Positions 22,728 to 34,279 of a DNA stretch of 64,000 bases are shown piece after piece (position 1 is the stretch's first letter; every line of letters begins with the position of its first letter). The stretch lies in NCBI GenBank assembly GCA_052426225.1, contig JBNJNM010000011.1, forward strand, positions 3,844,001 to 3,908,000, in the 5' to 3' direction. The translations under genes were made by a program, and so were the position numbers. This DNA comes from Zancudomyces culisetae HAW-14-8 (taxonomy: Eukaryota > Fungi > Kickxellomycota). The notes beneath the pieces were generated by a model, which was not told where the DNA came from, did not search any database, and saw only the letters and a list, made by a program, of their open reading frames with translations.

Positions 22728-24431
22728 TTAATAAAGTTCAAAAACCGCTACGCATATCTCATAAACCACCTTGTATATATTTGTCACAAGCAATGGGAGA
22801 TAGAACACAGTAGCAACATACATGTATGTGTATACAAGTGGACTGTTTATGTGTGATTGCGAAAAAAAAATAAATAAGGGTGATATAGCCGTGTTCAATA
22901 TATCTATGATACCCCCTGTGTGAGTATTTAATCTTCGAGACGTATGGCGCTGATACCAACGGTCACTTTGGGGTTGACGTCGAGCTCGCATATCAGCACA
23001 TCCGCTATGATAATATGCAACTGGGCTATTTAGCTCGCGATTTAGACATCCGTCAACAACATTACCATCACCGCCAATATCTGCACGTCTTTTTCGTCGT
23101 TTGCCTGTCCTGTGTTTGGTCTGCTGTTGATAAGCTACCCCATTTATCTTAGCAACTGTTTTAAATATATCCCCAACGTTGTAAAAATCAACACACACAA
23201 AGTTAACTTGTTGAGCATGCGTCATCTCGCCATACTTGCTCTTGGTACTAGTGTTAGTGTTATTGGAATCTGGACTATTAGTTGCTTGTTTTATTAGTGC
23301 TACATGTTTCTGAATGTTTTCTTCAGAATTTACTTGCGCTGCAGATTCTCTAGTCGGTATTCCTCCATGATGGAAACCACCGATTTTTAGCGGCCTTGAT
23401 ACAAAATGGTTTAGTGTAATCAAGCCTTTTCCATTACCATAGGTTTCCGACGTAAATTCTTGACCCACAAACACTTCAAAGCTGGTGTATCTCTCAAAAA
23501 TGCCTATTGGAATTATCCTATTAAATTTTGTCTTTTGTTATTCAGCAGCTATTTCTACCACCGAAGATACGGAGTTTGATAAATAATTAGTTGGAACTCA
23601 CATAGGGTACTTTTCAAATTCGTCACTATCAATATCTGATGAAAACACAAGCAGTCTTTTATTACTCACGATTAATTCACGCAGCTTTGGCCACGCAAAT
23701 TTCGAATCCGGCGTCAGAATGTTTCTTGTATCGTTTATGTAGTACATGTGGTTTTCCAGATTTGCGTACACAAAGTCCTTATATATCCGCCTGGATGCAA
23801 ACTTGTCAAAGTTTTCCAATAATATCGTAACTATTTCTCCTGGGTTTGTGTCAAGAAATTGGTGGATTGCAACTAGTGTATCTGTAAAATAGCCAGCATC
23901 CAGAATTGTGCATCTGGTATGACATAACTTGATATTTACCAGGTCTTGACTATTATCACCATCACCATCACCATCACCACTATCGCTTTCAATGGCGTTA
24001 GGATTAGCGTCAGTGTTGATAACAACAAGCTTTCCGTTGGAACTCTTTTTTTTTATAGTTCCCACTGGTGCGTGTAAGTCTAAGGCCAATACTCTGATTC
24101 CGTCATGAAGCTGCCTTGATATTAAGCACTCTTGGTTAGCTCCGATATTATAAGCACCAACTGCAAACGAATTGTGTGAACATGGGTATGACACTTGGTT
24201 GTACCTTAATTCACAGAGTTCGGTATACCCATTGCATTTTATTTGAGCACTTCCTGCCTCCGCTGCGTGTGTACCATCATCTATTGCAGATAGTGCTAAC
24301 GCAGGTTTGCTACTGCTACAACTTGTAAAAATTATTGTGCTCGCTAATAGCAGTATCACAGCCTCCACAAGACAGCGTAGTGTGGTTTTGTTATTATTGA
24401 AGTTACCAGTACCTGGAAAAATATGCAACAT
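22728..24431 (-). CDS. Secreted PLC-like phosphodiesterase (PI-PLC X domain-like), 2 exons
   Basis: Exon 1 24431-23602, GTGAGT..TAG intron 23601-23518, exon 2 23517-22728. Motifs CNGYTELC, SHNSFA, NQ..QLHDGIR, LCHTRC, FLDTNPGEIVTILLEN, LNHF and NFVCVDFYNVG. C-terminal extent is less certain. Confidence 0.85.
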
Positions 24432-25167
24432 TTTCGATTCCTGTCTTGGATATTTCGGGATAGTGCAGGAAATAACACAGGCGTTTTTTTATTTTGCACA
24501 AAAAGGGATCGGCGGGAAAATGTAGTTTAAGTGCTATCTGTATTTGAAAGTACTTAACATATTACATTTATATACCATCTTACCCAGGTTTTTATACTGG
24601 CCTTTATAATTTGTATTATCTCATTTCTCAAAATCATCATGTTATAAACGTATTTGCTAAGCTATTCAATGGGCAAAGTTGGCTAAAAATGTAAATTTTT
24701 ATTTCCTATAACACCATGGGTCTGATTTATAGTATAACTAACTATCACCCATTTCGAACTTTCTAGTGTGCCTGTTTATTAATTTTTTGAACCTTCATGT
24801 ACTCCAAAATAGTAGTAAGTGTAAAAAGTCTCGTATGCTCAACTTCAAGTTATTCATACTGAATGTATATGAAATTCTAGAGAAACTAATAGCATGCAGA
24901 GCAAAAAAAAGCAATAAATATTACATCAATCTTACGTTGATGCATGTGTAAAAAAAAGTGATACCAGCCAAATGCTCGATGTTTATACACATCAACCCGC
25001 ATGTTCATATTTTTTAGGAAAGAAACAATAATTGATCACTTCTGATGACCAGGGCCAGTGTTTTTGAATGAATTTTCTTTATTCCGTTTCAAAAGTTAGA
25101 ATGAAACACGGGCTGTTGGCTATTTACATCCAATTATCAAAAGTAAAAAATAAATAGTTGTGCATTA

Positions 25168-25191
25168 CCCCCCCCCCCCCCCCCCTCCCCC
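25168..25191. repeat. Poly-C tract (C18-T-C5)
   Basis: Seen directly in the divergent PLC/hexokinase spacer. Confidence 0.85.
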
Positions 25192-25877
25192 TACCATAGC
25201 CGTTACGAGTAAATATTCCTCTTTTCTGTGTCTAGCATCAAAAAACCAGTTGAGCAAAAATACTCTGCGCACAAACTCCAGTTTTTGAACTTGCGAAAAT
25301 TTCAATCATTATTATTCTGCGCCCCCTCATTTTTTTATTCTCCGCTGTTTTACGGTTTTCGCCCATCACCTCCTTCTAGTCTTCGAAAAGACCATCTTTA
25401 ATTACATAAAAACCGAAACACAGCAGGCTAATTTGCATTTTCTCGGACTGTGCTTTTCTAATCCATCAGAGATTTGATCGACAAATGGACCAAACTACTT
25501 TAGAGTTTCTGTTACTAATATTAACCGGGTTTTTCCACATCTAAAAAAAACCCAGCCAAAAGCTGTTTTGATTTAATGCGAGATATTAGTGGTCCATTAC
25601 GAGTATCCATTATTCCCAAGGTAGAAAAGTCTATACATTTACTGAAATTCCAGTTTAAAGTGAGAGTGTAGTTTCCAATACCATCTTTATTTTCATCCAC
25701 ATGCCCATCAGCACAGCCAGCATTCTTTATTTTTACCTACCCCTTATTATGTAAAAGAAAAGTGGTGTGCCTAGGTAGTTTTTTACATTAACGTCGCCAA
25801 TAACTGCTTTAAAAGGCAGCTCAACAATCTGTTTAGAGTCGAAATATAATAAAAAATAATACCTTGATAAGGATAAG

Positions 25878-27536
25878 ATGACACAAAACGCTGAGCATTT
25901 CAAAGAAAGTGGTTACGAGCCCGTTGAACAGAGTGTAGGCAAAAAAAACAAAAAATTCGAAAAACTAGGCCTTAAAAAAAGCATGAGAAATGTGTTTAGC
26001 AAGATAGCCGAGCACCGACCGAGAAGGGGACTCTTGGAAAAAATAGAGGAAATAAGACAGGGCTTACAGGTTGATTTGGATATGCAACAAAGGATCATCA
26101 AAAAACTTCACATAAGCATGCAGAGGGGGTTGGAGGAAAATACCGGAAGGAACTGTGATGATGGGAGAGAGGATGCGCTGTCAATGTTTTTGAGCTATGT
26201 AACTAGCAGACCGCACGCAAAAACTGTTGTCGGTAAAGAATGTCTATCTATGGATTTAGGTGGCACTTATTTGAGAATTAGCCACGTAAAATTTAACGCT
26301 CATGATGGTGGACAGTTCAAAGATGAGTACGAAATAAAGCAGGAAAAGTACAAGATAACAGATGAGGCAAAGACGGCAACACTGTTTGAATGGGTAGCAG
26401 AGCAAGTTGAGGAATTCATGGAGACAAAAGCCATCGGCCAGATTGAGAAAGATGTATGCATTCCATGCGGTTTTACGTTTTCTTTTCCAACAGATCAAAC
26501 TGCAATAGATAAAGGTATATTACGACTTTGGTGTAAGGGATTCGCAGTTCCAGATATCGAAGGAAAGCGGGATGTGGTGGAACTCACACAAAGTGAAATG
26601 GATAAGCGGGGTGTAAAAGTAAAAATAGTCGCACTCTTAAACGACACTGTGGCCACAATGGTTGCGAGCACTTACTTCCATAGTAGGACGGCTATGTGCA
26701 CGATTTTTGGAACGGGAAACAACGCAAGCTACTGGGAAAAAATAAAAGACATACCGAAATATACACCACCTGACAAGAACAGTGGGGCTCGGGTTGGTGG
26801 TAACGATTCCAGTAACAGCAGTGGTGGTGCCAGTGATGATGAGATGGCGATCAACATTGAGTGGGGAGCATTTGATAATTTAAGAGAGGTGTTGCCATAT
26901 ACAAACTATGATAACGACATCAATCGAAGATCACCACCTATTGGCTTGCAGGTTTTGGAAAAAATGGTTGCAGGGCTTTATCTTGGTGAAGTCGTACGTG
27001 TCATCTTAGTGGATTTAATTGACCATAAGCTTTTGTTTAGCCATCAAGGGAATGATTTTATGAGCCTTAGGCGATTTTTCAGGGAGGAGTATTCTTTTGA
27101 TACGGCCCTAATATCTGTCATTGTAGCCGACGATTCTGAAGATTTGGAAGATGTTGCTGATATTATAGCTCCTGAGTTGCCAGACCACGTAAATATTACA
27201 CAATTGGACTTACTAATCATCAAATACATTTGCTTACTCACCTCTATCCGCTCTGCAAGCCTAAGCGCTGCTATGGTGGCTGGGGTTTTGTTGTTTAGAA
27301 ACAAACATGAAAGCCTTGTGCCAACTGTCCTCTCTGATGATCCCAATCAAAACATTGTTGTTGTTGGCGTGGAAGGTTCCGCCTACGACCTTCCTGGATT
27401 TAGCCAATTTTTGTCTGCTTCCACAAATTCTTTACTTTCTTACAATAATGTAAAATTTAAAGCTGTATTTGAATTTGTCCAAAATGCGTCTATCCTTGGT
27501 TCAGCTATTGTTGCGCTAATGACCTCAAGCGCCTAG
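25878..27536 (+). CDS. HXK: Hexokinase-family protein (divergent)
   Basis: DLGGT, GFTFSFP, W(C)KGF, LNDTVATM, GTGNNA, INIEWGAFD and EKMVAGLYLGE. Intronless, 552 aa. Confidence 0.92.
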   Translation: MTQNAEHFKESGYEPVEQSVGKKNKKFEKLGLKKSMRNVFSKIAEHRPRRGLLEKIEEIRQGLQVDLDMQQRIIKKLHISMQRGLEENTGRNCDDGREDALSMFLSYVTSRPHAKTVVGKECLSMDLGGTYLRISHVKFNAHDGGQFKDEYEIKQEKYKITDEAKTATLFEWVAEQVEEFMETKAIGQIEKDVCIPCGFTFSFPTDQTAIDKGILRLWCKGFAVPDIEGKRDVVELTQSEMDKRGVKVKIVALLNDTVATMVASTYFHSRTAMCTIFGTGNNASYWEKIKDIPKYTPPDKNSGARVGGNDSSNSSGGASDDEMAINIEWGAFDNLREVLPYTNYDNDINRRSPPIGLQVLEKMVAGLYLGEVVRVILVDLIDHKLLFSHQGNDFMSLRRFFREEYSFDTALISVIVADDSEDLEDVADIIAPELPDHVNITQLDLLIIKYICLLTSIRSASLSAAMVAGVLLFRNKHESLVPTVLSDDPNQNIVVVGVEGSAYDLPGFSQFLSASTNSLLSYNNVKFKAVFEFVQNASILGSAIVALMTSSA

Positions 27537-28012
27537 ACCAATCAGTATATATCATGTTATTCCGCGCTTTTCATTCTAGTTTATGATTTGCTCCGCTTTG
27601 TTTCACGTTTTAGCATTTTATCTTAGCATTTGGAAATTTTAACATTTGCTTTCACACAAAAATTAATTCCATAAATATCCATGCCTAAACGCACACTAAC
27701 TAGATATTGTGGGGTTACATATTTTCTCGCTCTTGCAATTCTTATCTGTCTATCTACTTTGTTTTACAAGTTTTTGATACACAACTCTAGTGGAGCCTGG
27801 TTCGACTTCTGGTACTGTTTGTTTGCAAGCAAAACTTGGGTAGCAACGAAAAAAAAAGAAAAAACGAATCACACATCACATTTCGGCAGGGTCAGAGCCA
27901 TTTAATATAAATCCAGTTAACACTGATATAAAAGCAACATCAACATCGATTATCAGCGGCGAAATCTTGCAATATACCTCCCCAGACTACCTTTCCACCC
28001 AGCACAAATACT

Positions 28013-28624
28013 ATGGAGCACATAAATGAACAACCGACACATATAAATTTAAAATTACAAACTTCAGAGGGATGTATAGTCCTCGCACCCAGGAATATGC
28101 TGGAGAAATTTTCCAATACAGTCAAGGATGTTATTTTACAACTCCCCGAATCGCACGAGTGTGAGGTGATTCCCCTTCCAAACATTTCAGCCACGATATT
28201 AAACAAAGTTATTGCGTATTGCTCTCATCACTACAATTCCCACCAATCCTCGGCGACTGCCAGAAAATGTACCAGCGAACCAATTGTTCCCAAAATACAG
28301 CCTTCTTCAACGTTTCAGTATTCAGGAGCTCATATAGTCAATGGCAAAACCTCTAGCAGCATCGGAAGCGCAGAATCTGGTATAAGCTTTTGTGAGTGGG
28401 ATCTCAGTTTTACTAGAATTCTCGACCAAGCCACGCTTTTTGATTTGCTTTTGGCGGCGAATTACTTGGATATAGAACAGCTTGTAAATCTGACTTGTTT
28501 TTCTATCGCCTCGCTGTATAAATCAAAATCGGTTGAAGAAATCAGAACGGCATTTGGTATAAAAAATGATTTTAGCGCTCTACAGGAGCGCCAGGTGTTA
28601 GATAATAACTCTTGGTGCGAATAG
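28013..28624 (+). CDS. SKP1: SKP1-family protein (divergent)
   Basis: LKLQTSEG, IPLPNISATILNKVIAYC, DQATLFDLLLAANYLDI, EEIRTAFGIKNDF and terminal WCE. Confidence 0.9.
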   Translation: MEHINEQPTHINLKLQTSEGCIVLAPRNMLEKFSNTVKDVILQLPESHECEVIPLPNISATILNKVIAYCSHHYNSHQSSATARKCTSEPIVPKIQPSSTFQYSGAHIVNGKTSSSIGSAESGISFCEWDLSFTRILDQATLFDLLLAANYLDIEQLVNLTCFSIASLYKSKSVEEIRTAFGIKNDFSALQERQVLDNNSWCE

Positions 28625-28730
28625 TTAGTCGTGTGTATTGATATTTCCTTTAGAAACTTTTGTTTTTATTAATGAATCAAACCTTGATAGTATATTGAAA
28701 GCCAATAATGTAATATAACAATAAAAGGAT

Positions 28731-29603
28731 TTAGATATTCGCCAAGTAGTCCCGGATTTCAGATTTTCCAAGCTTTTTAAATTGAGGCTTAGTCGTCTTC
28801 ACCTCACCTGTCGGTGTAACCATTTTTGTTACAGTGTCAGCCCCTATTATACCTATCTCAATGGAGTTCTCGTCCAACTGACCCTCAAAACCCTCTTTTA
28901 ACGCCAAAATGGCTGTATGGATTGTATCCTCCAAAATCATAAGATCTTCCGTATTCGTTCCATACCTTTTTTCCAAAAAACTTTTCAATGATGCCATGTT
29001 TTTTCCTATAGCCGTTGCTTTCCATGGAAAATATGCGCCACTTGGATCGAGCTGATACAAACATGGTCGGGCATTCCCGTGGTCATCTTCATCAATACCA
29101 GCTATTAGCAGACTTACGCCAAATGGTCTAACTCCTCCGCTTTGTGTAAATTCCTGCATTACAGAGGCTAGCTTTTTTACCAGTACATTCACTGGTGGAT
29201 CTTCTTTATATTCCATCACATATTGTTGGGCTATTTTCCGTGCCCTTGCCACCAAAACGCGATAATCTGGTCCCATCCCCGAATAACTCATTCCTATACT
29301 GCCACATATCATTTCTATCGAGCTCATCGAGCTGAGATCTATCAAACTGGTTCCAGGCTTCTTCTCGCTTACTATAACTACATTGTCTAGCCCTATTTCA
29401 TCATAATACACTGTTTATATATTCTCCCTTTTTAACAAAAATGCATTCAGAAAAAAAAATAAAACTATATAAAAACAATATAAAAACACACCTTTAATTC
29501 CTACTGTTGCTGTTCCATTACCAACAGCGGTTAATGCATGTTCTATTTGTCCCAATTTGCCGCTGGGTGAAAACGTTGTCAGCGAAAAATTATGTAAGCT
29601 CAT
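28731..29603 (-). CDS. PRE8: 20S proteasome subunit alpha-2, 2 exons
   Basis: Exon 1 29603-29492 ([19 protein letters not shown]), intron 29491-29393, exon 2 with [40 protein letters not shown] and LKEGFEG. Confidence 0.96.
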
Positions 29604-31466
29604 TTTTTTATAGTTTGCTTTGCTAGCGGGCTCGAGATCTGCTAATGTGTAATCGTTTTTTAGTAGCTAGTTCTGAAATAACTGTTTTAATTGTTTGTTT
29701 TGGGCTAGTAAACCACCTTTATTTACCTTTTGTGAATATACTTGCTTTTACAAAAATTGAAAGCCGAAAATTGATGACGTTATGTAAATATTTTTGTTTT
29801 GTATGCTATTTAAAAATAATTTTTAATTCCTAAAGCGGGTATGAGCAAAAAATTAAACTGTCTTTGAAAAAAAAAAATTATACCACAGGTATGGCTCAGC
29901 TGGGAGGCATTCAGTGATCCGTCCCGTGCACTGCTTGTACCATGTCTTGATTATTTTTACTAATATTAGTTGCAAACGTGTAATAGTCATAATTGTAGAG
30001 CACTACATGCTGCTGTACATTGTGTAAAAGGTTTTCTTTACTCAGTAGAGTGGAAACAGTTAAGGTGGTAATAACATCACTACAATGCATAAACCGCTAG
30101 ACGCTATCTGAGCCCAACAAAAGATAAACAACATATGGTCACCTTTACTGCTCCATTAAAGTCTATTTATAAAAAAACACAAAGCTAACAGTACATCTTG
30201 TAATAAAAAAAGTCGGTTATGTGTATACGACTCAAGCGATTAGCCAAGGAACACAGATTCCTAATATTCTGATGTGCAGATAGCTTGGGTAAAGAATAAA
30301 TTTGTTTCTCTCATGTTAAATTCTTATCTTTCATCCATTTGTTAGTTTGGAAGGCTAGTAAAAATCACATTATAGTTTAATAACAACGCTGTGCTTGATA
30401 AGATAATGCAAATTAGTCGTATAAGGTCTTTGCTCATTTACTTTGCCTTCAGCTTAGGCACCCTTTACTATTTTATTTAAGTATACATCTATGCTTGAAT
30501 AGCTGTAGAATCCTCGTGTCTATCATACCATTTACTAATAATACGTTGTGGTAATTAAAACATCCTATCCTCAAAGTCGATAATGCTTGGATGTGGTTTA
30601 AAATTGCTAATGTGTGTAAGTGGGGTAGTTTAATGCGTAGGTTTTTCCATTCGACTTTTATTCGCCTCCCCACCTTCGCGTGAAATTTTTAGTACAATTT
30701 GGCGCATTGACTCTTGGAGTAATAAAATATGACTTTCTGTTTGTACACGTTCCAGCAATTTTTATCGGTTAAAAAAAATATACTGTATTTCTGTTTTACT
30801 GTATGAACCAGCGTGATAGGTGATGGTAGCTTAAATTAATTCGAAACAAAGTTTTGAAACAAAAATTAGTAAAACTACCCTGGATGACAATTGATTTTGA
30901 GTCCAGGTGTTGATCTCAAGCTTTCACTGGGAGCTAAGCCTAATAGATGCATAAAACACAGCACAGTACAATTGAATAAGTTAAACAGTACGCTTTGCTC
31001 ATACTCTTTTCCGGATATCAGACCATGCTAGCTGCTAAACTAGATGAAAGTATGTAGGAAGAATCAAAATAAATATAGTGGTCTTGTGTTATAACTAGCA
31101 TTAGCAGCTAGGAGTTATCTATATTTTCATCGCCCTCCACCCTTATAAAAAATAACACTGGTAAATTAAAATTATGAACAAATTCAAGAATATAGTATTA
31201 TTATGAATATGAACATTCAGCACAACTGCTTCGAGAATAAACAATATAACTAGTACACGCATACTAATTATACGAATAGTTCTAGGGCTATAAGAATATA
31301 TCTTTAAATAGTCTGAAGCGTGGGTATTTTCTGAATATTTACGCGAGGCGAGTACGTGTATAGTTTGATTAAGTGCTCGCAATTTATATTACTTGTGGAA
31401 GTACATAGCCATTCTTCACCAACCTTACAAAAAAGTTATAGTGTTAATACAGTTTAAAAAAGGAAG

Positions 31467-32622
31467 ATGGATGTAATAAATACCAGCACTATTTCGTCTC
31501 AGACAAATGTTGTTTCTGAAACTGATTACAAAGCAAGAAAAAATACCGATTCTCTGTGTTTCACGTATCTATCAAATACGTACTGCAAAGACGATGATGG
31601 CAACATAACCTGTACAAGCTGCGACACGTCCAGGCATATCGGTAAGTTTAATTTATTTATAAACATTCTATCATATAAGCCTACCTATCTCAACGCCCTA
31701 CATACCTTCTAAACAAACATGCTTATTTCTAGATGCCGTGTATATCGTTGTGCTCTTTCTACTGGCGGGAATACTGATAGGTAAAGCAATCATTTAACTA
31801 ATATACCCATGAAGTTGTAAAAAAGAATTTATGATGTTATATGAAGGTTTTTTGTATCTAAAAACACATGTAAACATAGCTATAGCGATTAAGCTGGGTC
31901 ATAAAATGATCCAGTCTAGCAACAACATTTCAGACCAAGAACAGACCGAAACTAATCAAGGTGATTCAGATGTAAAAAAACAGAAAACACTAGCACTAAC
32001 AGAGGGTGAGTTGGAAAAATATCCTATAACTACATGTATAAAGATTCTGGAAGCGATTGGAAGGAAAAAGGACGTATCTGGAAACATAAGATGCGAATAC
32101 AGAGAAAGTGAAAAATCATATGCTGGTGTTCAAATAGTCATCGATGATGGGGTAAAGAGTAAAAATGAGGATGTGAAAGCAGGTGCAGATGCAGATATGG
32201 ATAAAATTAAAATTAAAGATGCACAAATTGATACAGGTCAAAAACTAAACGCAACAGCACTAAGTGATAGGATAGCCAACACTCTTTCGTTTGCAAGTGT
32301 ATACGAGATATTACATAGAGAGTATCAACCTGAAATGAAGCAACAAGCGGAGCAACAGCAAAAAGTCGAAAAATGCCACAAATTTGTAGAATTAAATTCT
32401 ACTGACTGTAGTGCTGAAGTGAAAAAGAGAGATAATGTTATGGGTGTGAATGAGATTGACTGTTTAATTTGTTTTGAAAAAATAGAGAGTAATGATTTTG
32501 TTAGGGAAATACCGTGTAATCATATTTACCATCGGGAGTGTCTCGATATATGGCTTTTGACAAGAGTCGGTATCTGTCCAACATGTAGATTTAATTTAAA
32601 GCCGTGCTCTCTTAAGTGCTGA
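31467..32622 (+). CDS. Single-pass membrane RING-H2 E3 ubiquitin ligase, 3 exons
   Basis: Exons 31467-31641, 31733-31780, 31880-32622 (GT-AG, frame preserved). TM AVYIVVLFLLAGILIAIAI; RING-H2 CLIC..PCNHIYHRECLDIWL..CPTCR. Confidence 0.85.
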
Positions 32623-33223
32623 ATTTTTGAAACTTTTTTTTGTGTAAAAACAATAAACTATAAGGGAAATTTGGCTGTTTTAGATTATTTAATTTTATAT
32701 TTATATGCATATGTATATTTACTCCAGAGATATATGTTTTGTTGTGGATGCTGGTCTAGTATAACCGATATTGCACCATTTTTGGAGTCCGTTTTGTGAA
32801 AAAAGTGGTCTCATTTAAAGATACAAGATTATATCAGATTTCAAGGCAAAACATTTCTGAACGTAAAACACCATCTTATTTGAGAGATGACATCGTTTTA
32901 TCCTCTTGTCAATGTGCTTTAAATAAGCGTTACAGAGCGAATTCGTGCTACAAACCATGAGAATATACATATGTAAACATACAAGAGCCACAGTCGGGTT
33001 TGAAAACATAAAAATAAATAAATTAAGCTTTATTTGTTTTAGCCAAAGGTTGGTGATATCCATCACCCATCCATCTAGCTATTCTCAGCAATTATAGAAA
33101 AACCTACCCTTATAATCTCTATCTCAAATAGGGTGCAAATCAATCGTAAAAAATATATATTATGGATCTAGGAAAAAGGTTATGTGTTGAGAGTAATAAC
33201 AGAGCACGAGTAAATTTCCCAAA

Positions 33224-34279
33224 CTAAATTGCTGGGCATACAGCAGCATGTATATGAGCCCAATGTATGGCCTTTAAAACACCTATATAATGATACCCTG
33301 CAGCTGCCAGGACAAGGCAGTGGAAAATGGTGTGAGATTGTAGCCAAATATCAAACTTTCCTGGAAACCACCTCTCTGGAACCCGGGTGCTGTAGAAGGC
33401 AACTGCTACAGTATAAAAAGCGGCCATTTTCGATAAATATCCGAGCTGTAGAGATTGCATAGTATGCGCCCAGCCAAAAGCCAAGAATGAGTGTATTCCT
33501 GGGATAACCCCAGAGGCTGCCATTCCAACGAACGTAAATGCACGCACGATTCTCCATTCGGGTAAGGAGAAGGTTGGACTAATGGAAAGATAGCACACAG
33601 CCACACCAAGGATTACGATCATCGATATGTAAAGAACCTTTAGATAGTCATGGCAGTAGAACGCGTAGAAAAATACGGGCACGCAAGATCCAGTAATTAG
33701 AGATGCTATTCCTACATAATCGCATCTATTAAAAAAGCGATGCACCTCATGGGAGTGGCACGAGAAGAGGTGGTATGCCGTAGATAAAAGCAAACAACCC
33801 ACTGCACCTGCAAGGAAGATATACATAACTATAACATCACTCCATTTAACTGTATGTATTTCCGAAGATACCCAGGAAGCCGTCGTAACCATCAAAACCA
33901 TGAATACTATTGCGCCTATGAAATGGGTCCATACATTCAAAAACTCGTTGTGTAAATACGTAAGGGATTTGATACATTCCTTGTATGATCCTGTTGGTGA
34001 TCTGTATCCTCTTGTAATAAATGTGTTGTCTCTCATCCAAGCCGGTATTTCATCCCATTGTAGCAGCTTTTGTGCTCTTTTCTTCACTTTTGTAAATGAA
34101 GATAAGTCTTCGATACCTGCCCGTAGTGTACTATGCGATTTATTTGCATTACTGTGGATCTTTTTTCGCCCACCAGTGATCTTTTGTGGACGATTGTTTG
34201 AATTGCTAACCCGTTTCCTTGGTGAAAAGAATGCCTTTTCACCTTTCTGGATCGTATCACAGCCTTTTCCTTTTGTCAT
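33224..34279 (-). CDS. IZH: PAQR/adiponectin-receptor-like protein (Izh/HlyIII family)
   Basis: PAWMRDNTFITRGYR, LHNEFLNVWTH, STAYHLFSCHS, DYVGI and RVPERWFPGKFDIWLQSHTIFH. Seven TM segments. Confidence 0.95.
   Translation of the reverse strand: MTKGKGCDTIQKGEKAFFSPRKRVSNSNNRPQKITGGRKKIHSNANKSHSTLRAGIEDLSSFTKVKKRAQKLLQWDEIPAWMRDNTFITRGYRSPTGSYKECIKSLTYLHNEFLNVWTHFIGAIVFMVLMVTTASWVSSEIHTVKWSDVIVMYIFLAGAVGCLLLSTAYHLFSCHSHEVHRFFNRCDYVGIASLITGSCVPVFFYAFYCHDYLKVLYISMIVILGVAVCYLSISPTFSLPEWRIVRAFTFVGMAASGVIPGIHSFLAFGWAHTMQSLQLGYLSKMAAFYTVAVAFYSTRVPERWFPGKFDIWLQSHTIFHCLVLAAAGYHYIGVLKAIHWAHIHAAVCPAI

Noticed and set aside
23598-23601. Apparent TGA splitting the PLC-like gene into two ORFs
   Set aside because: The TGA is part of a GTGAGT splice donor, and an 84-nt intron restores the frame. 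Not a pseudogene and not recoding.
27794-27815. GGTTCGACT T-loop-like motif
   Set aside because: The stem is mismatched and there is no upstream cloverleaf.
29885-29938. tRNA-like start (TGGCTCAGCTGG A-box/D-arm look-alike with a possible 7-bp closing stem)
   Set aside because: Only about 54 nt long, with no TTCG T-loop/B-box and no anticodon arm. Not a tRNA.
32614-32800. RING gene ends Cys-TGA with an open frame beyond it; considered as selenocysteine or readthrough
   Set aside because: The RING domain is already complete, the extension is low-complexity AT-rich sequence, and I could not identify a SECIS element.
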